DNA of 64,000 bases from an uncultured Eisenbergiella sp. (GCA_910585455.1 CAJUEL010000008.1:53955-117954); one strand, 5' to 3'. Shown: positions 20,297-30,085, counted from the stretch's first letter. Translations and numbers: made by a program. Notes: generated by a model not told the origin, from the letters alone.

Positions 20297-22145
20297 TGGC
20301 AGGCACCTCCTGTTTTTTCAAAAGGATTTCCATGAATTCGTCGCCGGTAATGGTTTCATGCTCATATAAATATTTTGCCAGCTCGTGCAGCTTGGATATA
20401 TTTTCCTGCAAAATGCGAAGCGCTTTTTGGTGCTGCTCTTTGACCACAGCGACGGTCTTTTGGTCGATCTGTGTCTGGGTTTCCAGAGAGCAGGAAAGGG
20501 AAGAATCGCCGCCCAGATATTGATTGGACACATTCTCCATTGCGACCATATCGAATTCTTCAGTCATGCCATAACGGGTGATCATCGCCCGCGCCAGCTT
20601 TGTTGCCTGTTCGATATCGTTGGATGCGCCAGTGGTGATGGAATGGAAAATCAGCTCTTCAGCGGCTCTTCCGCCAGTGAAGGTCGCGATCTTGTTTTCA
20701 AGCTCCTCCTTTGTCATCAGATAATGCTCCCCATCCTCCACCTGCATGGTATAGCCCAGAGCGCCGCTGGTGCGGGGGATGATCGTGATTTTGTGCACGG
20801 GCGCGGAGTTGCTTTGCATGGCGGCAACCAGAGCATGCCCGATTTCATGGTAGGAGACGATGAGCTTTTCCTTTTCGGACAATACGCGGCTCTTTTTCTG
20901 GTATCCCGCGATGACCACCTCAATGCTTTCCTCCAGATCAGCCTGCGTGGCAAAGCGCCGCCCGTCACGGACCGCACGGAGCGCCGCTTCGTTTACGATG
21001 TTTGCCAGCTCTGCGCCGGATGCGCCGGACGCGGCCTTGGCGATTTCGTGAAAATTGACATTGTCGGAAACCTTGATCTTTTTGGCATGCACCTTTAAAA
21101 TATCTTCCCGTCCCTGCAGGTCAGGCAGCTCCACAGGAATGCGCCGGTCAAAACGTCCGGGCCGTGTCAATGCCGGATCCAGGGAATCGGGGCGGTTGGT
21201 GGCGGCGAGAATGACTACGCCCTTGGAGCCGTCGAAGCCGTCCATTTCAGTCAAAAGCTGGTTGAGCGTTTGTTCCCGCTCGTCGTTGCCGCCCATGTTG
21301 CCGTCACGCTTTTTACCGATCGTATCGATCTCATCGATGAAAACGATACAGGGCGCTTTGTCGTTCGCCTGACGGAATAGATCGCGTACCTTCGCGGCGC
21401 CCATGCCGACGAACATTTCTACGAATTCCGAACCGGAGATGGAGAAAAAAGGAACCTCCGCCTCACCTGCCACAGCCTTTGCCAACAGGGTTTTACCGGT
21501 TCCGGGAGGGCCTACGAGGAGCGCGCCCTTGGGCATGGATGCGCCGATATCCCGGTATTTATCCGGATTGTGCAAAAAGTCTACAATTTCCGTTAAAAGC
21601 TCTTTCGCCTCATCTTCGCCAGCCACATCGGAAAATTTGATGCCGGTGGAGGATTTGACATAGACCTTGGCATTGCTCTTGCCAAAGGACATCGCGCCGC
21701 CGGGACCTCCGGTCATGTTTTTGGCCATCCACTTCTGCAGCAGAATGCCGATGCCGAAGAAAATCAGAGCGGGCATGATAAGACCGATGAGCAGGCTCAG
21801 CAGGGGCGACTGCTGTGTCGGGATGGCGCTCCCGAATTCCGCGCCTGAGGTATAAATCCGGTCAACCAGCTCGTCGCTCATGTTGATGATACCGGTTTTG
21901 CAGGTCTGGACGCGCTCACCTGCCTGTACCGTATAATATATGGTATAGCTTTGGGTGTCGAATTCCACCTGTTTGACCTGACGGGTATCCAGATTCATGA
22001 GAAATTCACTATAGCTTGTCTCCCGGATGCTTCGTTCCATCAGTGTGGGCAGCACAAAAATATTCAGCAAAAAGATAGCGATTACCGCGATCATGGCGTA
22101 AGTGCCAAGAACCTTTTGCGGACGCTTATTGTCATTGGTGGTCAT
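20277..22145 (-). CDS. ftsH: ATP-dependent zinc metalloprotease FtsH (paralog)
   Basis: 2 [28 protein letters not shown]. Confidence 0.96.
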   Translation of the reverse strand: MTTNDNKRPQKVLGTYAMIAVIAIFLLNIFVLPTLMERSIRETSYSEFLMNLDTRQVKQVEFDTQSYTIYYTVQAGERVQTCKTGIINMSDELVDRIYTSGAEFGSAIPTQQSPLLSLLIGLIMPALIFFGIGILLQKWMAKNMTGGPGGAMSFGKSNAKVYVKSSTGIKFSDVAGEDEAKELLTEIVDFLHNPDKYRDIGASMPKGALLVGPPGTGKTLLAKAVAGEAEVPFFSISGSEFVEMFVGMGAAKVRDLFRQANDKAPCIVFIDEIDTIGKKRDGNMGGNDEREQTLNQLLTEMDGFDGSKGVVILAATNRPDSLDPALTRPGRFDRRIPVELPDLQGREDILKVHAKKIKVSDNVNFHEIAKAASGASGAELANIVNEAALRAVRDGRRFATQADLEESIEVVIAGYQKKSRVLSEKEKLIVSYHEIGHALVAAMQSNSAPVHKITIIPRTSGALGYTMQVEDGEHYLMTKEELENKIATFTGGRAAEELIFHSITTGASNDIEQATKLARAMITRYGMTEEFDMVAMENVSNQYLGGDSSLSCSLETQTQIDQKTVAVVKEQHQKALRILQENISKLHELAKYLYEHETITGDEFMEILLKKQEVPANAAVSD

Positions 22146-22166
22146 GATAGTACCTCCTCATAAATT

Positions 22167-22196
22167 AGTTTCTATAGAAACTGTTTCTTTTGAAAC
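22167..22196. promoter_or_regulatory. Tandem palindromic operators, probably for the operon's MarR
   Basis: AGTTTCTATAGAAACT then GTTTCTTTTGAAAC just upstream of ftsH RBS. Confidence 0.55.
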
Positions 22197-22433
22197 TATT
22201 ATCCCACTTTTGAGAAAATATGCAATAAAGGAAATGAGAAGAATGATAAAAAATATGGCAAGAAATTATGAAAGAAAAATAAAATGCAGTCCATACCGGC
22301 GGGGAGGATGGAAAAAAGGGGACGGGACTGCAAAGACTCCGCTTCTGGCGGCATCGTGAACAGGAATAATGCAGGCGCTGTGCATGGCGGAAATATCCGG
22401 CATGTGCACAGCGCCTGTGAAAATTACATTTCA

Positions 22434-22712
22434 TTACATGGCTTTTTCAAATTCTTCAATGCTGCCAGCGCTGGCGGCAAGCTTCAGCCATTTTTGCAGC
22501 ATGGACTCGTCTCTTTCGCAGATGACCCTGTCAGAAAGCGCAGGGGTGACGGGACCGATGTCTTTTAGCAAAAATAAAATGGATTTTGCCTGCCCGAGAG
22601 CTTCTCCTTCCGTTTTGCCCTCCTCACGGCCTTCCTCCCTTCCCAACGCTTTACCGTCCTCTATAAAAAGCTGTGTCAGAAAGTCTGTTGCGATGAATTC
22701 TTTCAGGCGCAT
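22434..22712 (-). CDS. Putative nested small C-terminal protein (RpnS-like antitoxin), 92 aa
   Basis: Internal GAGGAGG-AAAAA-ATG (MRLKEF) in frame. Confidence 0.5.
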   Translation of the reverse strand: MRLKEFIATDFLTQLFIEDGKALGREEGREEGKTEGEALGQAKSILFLLKDIGPVTPALSDRVICERDESMLQKWLKLAASAGSIEEFEKAM

Positions 22713-23351
22713 TTTTTCCTCCTCTGTTAAAAATTTGCAGGAAAGAACATACAGGACAGCCTGCATCCGCCGGATATCCTCTTTTGAAATGTGCTGCCAG
22801 GATTTCTTTAAGAATGCAAATCCCTGCATTGCCCGTTCGCTTTGGGAGATTTTACTATCCATCAGCGGGACTAAAACGACGGGCAGAAGGTCCTTTTTAT
22901 GCATTTGCGCTTCCGGTATGCTTTTCAGCCTTTCAAAGAGCTGCTCTGCGGACTGATCCTTCAGTCTGATGATCCGGACGCGGTAAGGGTTGATGCCCTC
23001 CCGCAGGCAGGACAGGGGCTTCTTCACCTTTGCGCTGCATATCACATAGGTGATCACCGGGACCTCATGGATCTGGCTTGTGATGGCGTCGTAGGAGCGA
23101 AAGCGCCGCAGGTCCTTTTGGGTAACGCCGTCGCTTTCAAATTCAAAATGATACCAGTCCCCGTTTTCCATCAGAAAGTTAAAATCCTCGCTCATCTGTT
23201 TAAGCTCCAGATGGACATATTCCGTTGGCGCAGCCCTTTCTGCTTTCATGTGGATACCGAAATAATGCAATAACTCCGAACTGAAAAACTGAATGGCAAA
23301 TTTGGACGCCAGATCCTCGGCATGAATCTGTGGACCGTTTTTCTTTGGCAT
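22434..23351 (-). CDS. Rpn-like PD-(D/E)XK nuclease-fold protein, tandem copy 1
   Basis: D..HFEFES..DLRRF core; EGREEG repeats; C-terminal LQKWLKLAA..SIEEF helical domain. Confidence 0.75.
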   Translation of the reverse strand: MPKKNGPQIHAEDLASKFAIQFFSSELLHYFGIHMKAERAAPTEYVHLELKQMSEDFNFLMENGDWYHFEFESDGVTQKDLRRFRSYDAITSQIHEVPVITYVICSAKVKKPLSCLREGINPYRVRIIRLKDQSAEQLFERLKSIPEAQMHKKDLLPVVLVPLMDSKISQSERAMQGFAFLKKSWQHISKEDIRRMQAVLYVLSCKFLTEEEKMRLKEFIATDFLTQLFIEDGKALGREEGREEGKTEGEALGQAKSILFLLKDIGPVTPALSDRVICERDESMLQKWLKLAASAGSIEEFEKAM

Positions 23352-23930
23352 AAACCTCTCTTTCCAGGTTTGTGGAAACCGCCGATTCTGCTCTTTGGCA
23401 GGCAGCCTTATTTGTATCCTTTCCTTGATTTATATAGCATCTGCATAACAGATAATGACAGACCTTGTTTTTATGGCAAAAAAGTCTCTCTTTTCTGCGC
23501 TTTGGTTCTCTTTTGAGAAATAATATGGTCAAAGCGTCTGGCTTTAACGGTTTTTCTTTTCTGATAACAGCCCGAACAGGGCGTGAGGTTTCAGAAATTG
23601 AGCGGTTGCTATCCCATAGGCGTACCCTCGCCGGAGATATCCGCTTCCTGTGTTCTTGTGTGAAACGAAGAGATTTCGCACTCTTCGCATATGAATTGTC
23701 CGGTAGCGGCTTCCTGTACCGCCATTATCTGTACTGCTTTTACAATATCATATTTTGAGAGATGGCACAATATCGATTTGCGCGAAAAGGAAGGAACCCT
23801 GTGTCCGTATTTTCCTGTGGGGAAGTAATATTATTTTTTTACCAGTGGGATGTTTCTTTGGATTGGATAAAGTACAGACGCTATGCAGGGTGGAGCTATC
23901 CAACATGCATAGCGTTTGTGGAAATCCCGA

Positions 23931-24197
23931 TTACATGGCTTTTTCAAATTCTTCAATGCTGCCAGCGCTGGCGGCGAGCTTCAGCCATTTTTGCAGCATG
24001 GACTCGTCTTTTTCGCAGATGACCCTGTCAGAAAGTGCAGGAGTGACGGGACCGATGTCTTTTAGCAAAAATAAAATAGATTTTGCCTGTCCGAGGGCTT
24101 CTCCTTCCTCTCTTCCTTCCGCCCTTCCCAACACTTTACCGTCCTCGATAAAAAGCTGTGTGAGAAAGTCTGTTGCGATGAATTCTTTCAGGCGCAT
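23931..24197 (-). CDS. Putative nested small C-terminal protein, 88 aa
   Basis: Same internal RBS+ATG. Confidence 0.5.
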   Translation of the reverse strand: MRLKEFIATDFLTQLFIEDGKVLGRAEGREEGEALGQAKSILFLLKDIGPVTPALSDRVICEKDESMLQKWLKLAASAGSIEEFEKAM

Positions 24198-24836
24198 TTT
24201 TTCCTCCTCTGTTAAAAATTTGCAGGAAAGAACATACAGGACAGCCTGCATCCGCCGGATATCCTCTTTTGAAATGTGCTGCCAGGATTTCTTTAAGAAT
24301 GCAAATCCCTGCATTGCCCGTTCGCTTTGGGAGATTTTACTATCCATCAGCGGGACTAAAACGACGGGCAGAAGGTCCTTTTTATGCATTTGCGCTTCCG
24401 GTATGCTTTTCAGCCTTTCAAAGAGCTGCTCTGCGGACTGATCCTTCAGTCTGATGATCCGGACGCGGTAAGGGTTGATGCCCTCCCGCAGGCAGGACAG
24501 GGGCTTCTTCACCTTTGCGCTGCATATCACATAGGTGATCACCGGGACCTCATGGATCTGGCTTGTGATGGCGTCGTAGGAGCGAAAGCGCCGCAGGTCC
24601 TTTTGGGTAACGCCGTCGCTTTCAAATTCAAAATGATACCAGTCCCCGTTTTCCATCAGAAAGTTAAAATCCTCGCTCATCTGTTTAAGCTCCAGATGGA
24701 CATATTCCGTTGGCGCAGCCCTTTCTGCTTTCATGTGGATACCGAAATAATGCAATAACTCCGAACTGAAAAACTGAATGGCAAATTTGGACGCCAGATC
24801 CTCGGCATGAATCTGTGGACCGTTTTTCTTTGGCAT
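23931..24836 (-). CDS. Rpn-like PD-(D/E)XK nuclease-fold protein, tandem copy 2
   Basis: Identical to copy 1 except C-terminal region. Confidence 0.75.
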   Translation of the reverse strand: MPKKNGPQIHAEDLASKFAIQFFSSELLHYFGIHMKAERAAPTEYVHLELKQMSEDFNFLMENGDWYHFEFESDGVTQKDLRRFRSYDAITSQIHEVPVITYVICSAKVKKPLSCLREGINPYRVRIIRLKDQSAEQLFERLKSIPEAQMHKKDLLPVVLVPLMDSKISQSERAMQGFAFLKKSWQHISKEDIRRMQAVLYVLSCKFLTEEEKMRLKEFIATDFLTQLFIEDGKVLGRAEGREEGEALGQAKSILFLLKDIGPVTPALSDRVICEKDESMLQKWLKLAASAGSIEEFEKAM

Positions 24837-25283
24837 AAACCTCTCTTTCCAGGTTTGTGGAAACCGCCGATTCTGCTCTTTGGCAGGCAGCCTTATTTGT
24901 ATCCTTTCCTTGATTTATATAGCATCTGCATAACAGATAATGACAGACCTTGTTTTTATGGCAAAAAAGTCTCTCTTTTCTGCGCTTTGGTTCTCTTTTG
25001 AGAAATAATATGGTCAAAGCGTCTGGCTTTAACGGTTTTTCTTTTCTGATAACAGCCCGAACAGGGCGTGAGGTTTCAGAAATTGAGCGGTTGCTATCCC
25101 ATAGGCGTACCCTCGCCGGAGATATCCGCTTCCTGTGTTCTTGTGTGAAACGAAGAGATTTCGCACTCTTCGCATATGAATTGTCCGGTAGCGGCTTCCT
25201 GTACCGCCATTATCTGTACTGCTTTTACAATATCATATTTTGAGAGATGGCACAATATCAATTTGTGGAAAAGCAGGGGAATC

Positions 25284-25315
25284 CGTAACAGTTCAGACCT
25301 GGCTGAACTGTTACG
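25284..25315. repeat. 32-bp dispersed palindrome, copy 3
   Basis: CGTAACAGTTCAGAC-CT-GGCTGAACTGTTACG. Confidence 0.85.
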
Positions 25316-25409
25316 GAAATTAACGTTCAATCCGCAGCAGGAAGCGATGGTCCGTTGAGACAGGTTGTCGCTTCCTGCTGCGGACTGAAAATTAATTTCC
25401 CTTGCGAGA

Positions 25410-25447
25410 AAGTAAACATCCCGAAACCCTTTCGGGTTCCGGGATGC
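25410..25447 (-). terminator. Intrinsic terminator of surface protein 1
   Basis: GCATCCCGGAACCC-GAAA-GGGTTTCGGGATGT-TTACTTT. Confidence 0.75.
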
Positions 25448-25483
25448 GTATAGCTTATAGATTTGGTCAAAAATCAACCGATT

Positions 25484-28400
25484 TTAGTTCTCTTTCCGTC
25501 TGCGAAGAGTCAGAACTGCAAGACCGCAGGCAGTCAGAAGAATTGTGACGTACCACATAACGGAAATATCGCCCGTCTGGGGAACGTTTGCCAGAGGCAC
25601 ATCCTCATCAAAAAGATCGATCAGCTCTTCACCGGGTACTGCACTCAGGGGAACGATCTCTTCGGGGATATCTGTCAGAGGAGTAAGCTCTTCGGGAATA
25701 TCCGTCAAGGGAGTCGGTTCGTCCGGAATTTCCGGGTCAGGATCGGGCGTCGGATCAGGATCCGGTGTCGGATCGGGATCAGGATCCGGATCGGGACCAG
25801 GGTCAGGACCCGGGTCGGGGGTCGGATCAGGCGTGGGAGGAGTAATAATTCTGACATTCACAAAGTCTGTGGAAACGGACAGACCGTCAGCAGACTTGTT
25901 GAGGTTAAGGAATCCGTCAAAATGCTCTAACTTGTCTTTCTCTTCCTGGGTCAGCTTATTATAGTCCTCTTCGTTCATTACAATGTAGACATTAGTGTCA
26001 CGTTCGTAGCCGTTCGGAGCAGTCATTTCCTGCAGATAATACACGATGTCTTTCATCATGGCATAGCTGATGTTCAGCTCGCCGTTCTGAGTCCATATGG
26101 TACTGGGAGTTGTCACGAAAGTATATGTATTGGTATCCTTGTCATAGGTGCAATACATCTTAACTTCCGCTTCTGTTCCGTCTTCGTTCTTGACAGTATC
26201 AATGTAATAAATCTGGAACTCGGTTTCGGAATCTGTGATCGTAGTACCGGTAGCGCCATCCTTTTTGGACAGATTAAAGTCGATATCCACCCTCTCAAGT
26301 TGAATGGAGTTATACCAGGGCCATTTGGTATTCTGCCAGTTATTGCCGGTCAGCTCACCATCAATGTTGAGCGCCATCATCAAACTGGTCCAGGTTGCCT
26401 GCTCTTTGCTTAAACCACCGTCCAGCAGAGCCGCAAAATACGCATCGGTCTTCTGCCAGATGTCTTTGTGATCCATGTAGTAATAGAGGGCATTCTGGTA
26501 ACCATTGTCGGTCCAGGAATCATTTTCGTACTCCCAGCGGTTTGTAGCAGGATTGAATTTTGCCTCGCCTAAAATTTTGTCAATATCCGCTTCATCGCCA
26601 AACGCAAATGAGAACAGGTTTTTGTAAAAATGATCGTACTTGACTGTTTCTGTATGAGCAACAACTTCAAACGGACCATTGTGTCCGGCTATTTTGAATT
26701 CCTTATTGCCGGAAGTGGTGGTCTTTGTCAGCTCAGCACAGGCCTCTGGATTTTTCTGCACCAGCTCATCAATGGTTTTATATTGGTTACCATAATACGC
26801 CAGAATATAATTATTCAGCTGTTCATCCAGAGTTTCGCCCTCGTATTGGGCAAGAAATTTGGCAATTTCAGCATCCCAGTAACCGGCATAGTCTATTATA
26901 TTGCCGTTGCCATCATAGCCCAGGCCTACCGAACCATCCCCCAAAAGGTTATTCTGGTTCAGCGGATTCTTCGGATCTGTCATACCAATCTGATAAAACA
27001 AATTCTGCATGGGCGCAGCTGTTACCGTGACATAATACGTTGCATGGTCCACATACTCATCAGGCAGAATCTGTCCGTCAAACCCTTCCACTTTACCGGG
27101 CTGCTCGCCCCAACCGGGGGTGGCAAGCGTAAAGCTGCCAGACTGATACTTGTATGTATGCTTGGAGTCAGAAGTCAGGTACAGCTCGAACTTTTTAACA
27201 TCGCCGGGCTCGAGAACATTGGCACCAATGCGGCGTTCGAATTCAGCCTCAAGAGCTTTGATAGCAGCATCATAAGCGGCCATATCATCAGCGTATTTCT
27301 TGTCGATTATCTCTTTGTTTGCCAGATATTCATCGTATGCTTTCTGCGCTGCTAAATAAGCCTGATATTCTTCTGCGCTGACTGAATTAGGATCTACTTT
27401 ATATTCCGGTTCGTTTATGATGGGAGTACCATTAGAACCGCCTTCAAATTTGACGGAAATACCCAGACCATAAAAGAGTAAAGTATCCTTATCGCCGAAA
27501 TGACTTACAAAACCAAACTTATCGTTCTTTTCCCAATCTGCCCAGTTTTGGTCAACCCATTCACAGTAAGCCTTATCGTTCAGGTATTTGGCATATTGTG
27601 CTGTATATTCGTCATTTGCGTCCAAACCACGATCTACTAAAAACTGCTTGACATCAAATTTTTCCAGACCAACAGGCTCCCCTGAATTGGTGTCGATCTC
27701 AATTTGACCCAGCAGATCCTCATACGCACCATCAATGCCGTCAGGACCTGGCTTTTTGGGAAGCGCGTCAGGCTTTAAGTCTTTTGCAGCCTCTTCTTTT
27801 GCTGCTTCCAGCTCCTGCTTACCAGTTTCTACATACTTTCCCAAAAGTTCCAATGCCTGAGTTAGATCAACTACCTGGGTAATTCCTTCTGCATCTGCAC
27901 CGATGTTGAAAGTAACCTTATATACGTCTCTGTCCGCATCGTAGAAAATTTCCCAGTTTTTCTCTTCGCCGTCGGGTGTGTTGAGCTTATCTTCAGCCGT
28001 TCCTATGTCACTTCCGACTTCAGGAGATGCATCGGGGCGCTGCGTGTTGGAGATGTCAAAAGGCTCTTCTGCAACAGCAGCATCTTCCAGATTAGCGGTC
28101 ATAAGCGCAGTGTCAGCACTCTCTTCTGTGGCAGGCACTTCCGCATCAGCGGGAGTTTCGATTTCGCTGGCCTCTTCCGTGCTGGCAGGAGTTTCAATAT
28201 CGCTGGCGGTCTCCGTCTCGGCAGGAGCCTCCGTGCTTTCGGGAGTTTCAGAAACGCTATTGTCAGGGACAACGCTGTCTTCACTTCCGTCAACTACGGT
28301 GCTGTCTGCAGAACTGGGAGTATCGGAAACTTCTGATGGAGGGGTAACAATCGTATTAATGTTGATATCACTCTCGTCAGGAGCACTTTCTGTAACAGCA

Positions 28401-28519
28401 GGGGTTTCTTCACCCGTGCTTTCCTCCGCAAAAGCCGTAAGCGACATACTCATAACCATCGTCAATGCAAGGAACAGTGCGAGACCGCGCCTGCGTAAAA
28501 CTTTAAAACGTTTTTTCAT
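25484..28519 (-). CDS. Large sortase-anchored surface protein (~1011 aa)
   Basis: Signal peptide, acidic low-complexity stalk, prealbumin/SpaA-like KKD..YYLQE.APNGY, PD repeats, VPQTG+TM+RRRK. Confidence 0.85.
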   Translation of the reverse strand: MKKRFKVLRRRGLALFLALTMVMSMSLTAFAEESTGEETPAVTESAPDESDININTIVTPPSEVSDTPSSADSTVVDGSEDSVVPDNSVSETPESTEAPAETETASDIETPASTEEASEIETPADAEVPATEESADTALMTANLEDAAVAEEPFDISNTQRPDASPEVGSDIGTAEDKLNTPDGEEKNWEIFYDADRDVYKVTFNIGADAEGITQVVDLTQALELLGKYVETGKQELEAAKEEAAKDLKPDALPKKPGPDGIDGAYEDLLGQIEIDTNSGEPVGLEKFDVKQFLVDRGLDANDEYTAQYAKYLNDKAYCEWVDQNWADWEKNDKFGFVSHFGDKDTLLFYGLGISVKFEGGSNGTPIINEPEYKVDPNSVSAEEYQAYLAAQKAYDEYLANKEIIDKKYADDMAAYDAAIKALEAEFERRIGANVLEPGDVKKFELYLTSDSKHTYKYQSGSFTLATPGWGEQPGKVEGFDGQILPDEYVDHATYYVTVTAAPMQNLFYQIGMTDPKNPLNQNNLLGDGSVGLGYDGNGNIIDYAGYWDAEIAKFLAQYEGETLDEQLNNYILAYYGNQYKTIDELVQKNPEACAELTKTTTSGNKEFKIAGHNGPFEVVAHTETVKYDHFYKNLFSFAFGDEADIDKILGEAKFNPATNRWEYENDSWTDNGYQNALYYYMDHKDIWQKTDAYFAALLDGGLSKEQATWTSLMMALNIDGELTGNNWQNTKWPWYNSIQLERVDIDFNLSKKDGATGTTITDSETEFQIYYIDTVKNEDGTEAEVKMYCTYDKDTNTYTFVTTPSTIWTQNGELNISYAMMKDIVYYLQEMTAPNGYERDTNVYIVMNEEDYNKLTQEEKDKLEHFDGFLNLNKSADGLSVSTDFVNVRIITPPTPDPTPDPGPDPGPDPDPDPDPTPDPDPTPDPDPEIPDEPTPLTDIPEELTPLTDIPEEIVPLSAVPGEELIDLFDEDVPLANVPQTGDISVMWYVTILLTACGLAVLTLRRRKEN

Positions 28520-28559
28520 AATATTTTTCCTTTCTTTGCGAGTTGCGCGGATGCAAAGT

Positions 28560-28732
28560 ATCCGGCGGCCGGGCTGGCATAGTCGTTGCAAAATGTGTCC
28601 GCGTATTCTGTCATGTGGCAAAAACACGTCTGCATTTTACAATGTTTCTCTGCTGATAAAGCTCCGAAAAACGAATCGGCATTAGCCCCCATAGCTTTGC
28701 GTCCCGCTGTTTCCAACGGTTTGCTGATATGA
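28560..28732 (-). ncRNA. c-di-GMP-I (GEMM-I) type aptamer 3, with enlarged P3
   Basis: AGCAAACC..GAAA..GGGACGCAAAGC..GGGGCTAA..(~100 nt)..ATGCCAGCCCGGCCGC. Confidence 0.75.
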
Positions 28733-28821
28733 ATCAGCGACTGGGCTGGCATCGTGTTTATGACACATTAGCCCCCATAGTTTTGCGTCCCGCCGTTTCC
28801 GACGGTTTGCCTTTTATGATC
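28732..28821 (-). ncRNA. c-di-GMP-I type aptamer 2
   Basis: GGCAAACCGTCGGAAACGGCGGGACGCAAAAC..GGGGCTAA..ATGCCAGCCCAGTCGC. Confidence 0.88.
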
Positions 28822-28905
28822 AGCGGCCGGGCTGACATAGCGTATTGCTCGCCTTAGTCCCCATAGCTTTGCGTCCCGCCGTTTCCGACAGTTTGCTCAC
28901 TGGTC
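28818..28905 (-). ncRNA. c-di-GMP-I type aptamer 1
   Basis: AGCAAACTGTCGGAAACGGCGGGACGCAAAGC..GGGACTAA..ATGTCAGCCCGGCCGC. Confidence 0.88.
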
Positions 28906-29241
28906 CGACATCCATTCCGTTTACAGAGGATGAAAGCTTTCGTCCCCTGAGCCTTGGACCTGCCGCCTGTGATGCCCCATAGCGGCAGAAGGTCTGAAAA
29001 AATCCCTCCCTCCGCATTGCCTGCTCCCTCCGCAGATGCAAAACCAAAGCAGATCGTCCGACAAATGCCTGCAACAAAAGAAAATGCCGCTTTCGTTGCG
29101 CATTGTCCGGGTCCATGCAGGCAATACACAGACCTGACAGAGCTGCCGGAGAAAATTCGCATTACGGAATTATTGGTAAAATGCGCTTTTGTACAAAGTG
29201 AATATCCTGTATTTGGACAGAATACCCACCTCTGTGAAGTT

Positions 29242-29270
29242 AATATACCATAAAATATATTCACATACAA
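29242..29270 (-). promoter_or_regulatory. Promoter for surface protein 1 leader
   Basis: TTGTAT-17-(TGn)TATATT. Confidence 0.55.
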
Positions 29271-29417
29271 GTGAAAATGGCGTATTTTTTTGCTTTTATA
29301 TAATGTATGCCCATAAAGGGAAAGGGTGCCGGCGGCAGACGGGCATACCGGGCGTCATATCGCTTTTTTTGGGACTTTATTCTGGTAAAAATCCTGGAAG
29401 AAGTTTCGCTTAAGGTA

Positions 29418-29447
29418 TTGCGCATACAGGCAGATTTGTGGTATTAT
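29418..29447 (+). promoter_or_regulatory. Promoter for surface protein 2 leader
   Basis: TTGCGC-18-(TGn)TATTAT. Confidence 0.5.
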
Positions 29448-29829
29448 AAAGGTGAATAAAAATTTATTCGTCTGTGTAAAGAACCATGTTTTGCACAGCT
29501 GTGAAACAGCCGGATTTGGTGGCGCGGTGTTAGTGAACAGACGATATAAGTTCTGTTTGTAGACGCCGTCTCGTGAAGTGAAGCGGCGTTTCTTTTTGAA
29601 AACAGAAGCTTCGCGAAACGGGGATTCTATTCTTTGTCTGCAATTAAGGCATAAGTTGTGGAACCCTCCTGAAATGGCTGAAATAAGAGCAGGAAAAGGG
29701 AGGTGATAGGCTGTAGACGGGAGAGCGGCGCAGGAATCTGACGCCACAATATTCCGGACAGGATCAGATGCCATCACTGAGAATGGATGCAGCTAAGAAG
29801 AGGATGGTCTGTGCAGCACTTTTGTACAG

Positions 29830-29917
29830 AAGCATTGGCAAACTGCTGGAAACAGCAGGACGCAAAGCCAAAGGGGCTACGGCGTTTTTGGACGCTATGC
29901 CAGCCTGGCCGCTAATT
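29830..29917 (+). ncRNA. c-di-GMP-I type aptamer 1
   Basis: GGCAAACTGCTGGAAACAGCAGGACGCAAAGC..GGGGCTAC..ATGCCAGCCTGGCCGC. Confidence 0.88.
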
Positions 29918-30002
29918 AATAAAAGCAAACTGCCGGAAACGGCAGGACGCAAAGTCATGGGGACTACGGTTTTTACACGCTATGTCAGCCCGACCGCTAA
30001 TT
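29914..30002 (+). ncRNA. c-di-GMP-I type aptamer 2
   Basis: AGCAAACTGCCGGAAACGGCAGGACGCAAAGT..GGGACTAC..ATGTCAGCCCGACCGC. Confidence 0.88.
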
Positions 30003-30085
30003 ACTTAGCAAACCGTTGGAAACGGCGGGACGCAAAGCTAAGGGGGCTAAGGTGCCACGGTACTAAGCCAGCCCGGCCGCCGGAC
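30000..30085 (+). ncRNA. c-di-GMP-I type aptamer 3
   Basis: AGCAAACCGTTGGAAACGGCGGGACGCAAAGC..GGGGCTAA..AAGCCAGCCCGGCCGC. Confidence 0.88.

Larger units (their letters stand above)
22433..25265 (-). repeat. Direct repeat of promoter+leader+gene cassette (22433-23780 and 23930-25265)
   Basis: Apparently identical 22678-23774 vs 24163-25259; differences confined to 3' ~245 bp of the gene. Confidence 0.92.

Noticed and set aside
22434..24836. Calling the duplicated cassettes IS elements
   Set aside because: No DDE/HUH motif, terminal inverted repeats or target duplication recognised
25620..25840. PD/PTPD and IPEE.TPL tandem repeats
   Set aside because: Ordinary cell-wall-spanning linker of the surface protein
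29119..29150. Eighth 32-bp palindrome copy, or raiA-motif-like start (GTCAGGTCTGTG on -)
   Set aside because: Only a short core matches; the rest does not fit either
28560..30085. CRISPR array or invertible promoter suggested by the repeats
   Set aside because: The repeats are ~85-nt aptamers without unique spacers; no cas gene or recombinase, and no perfect inverted repeats
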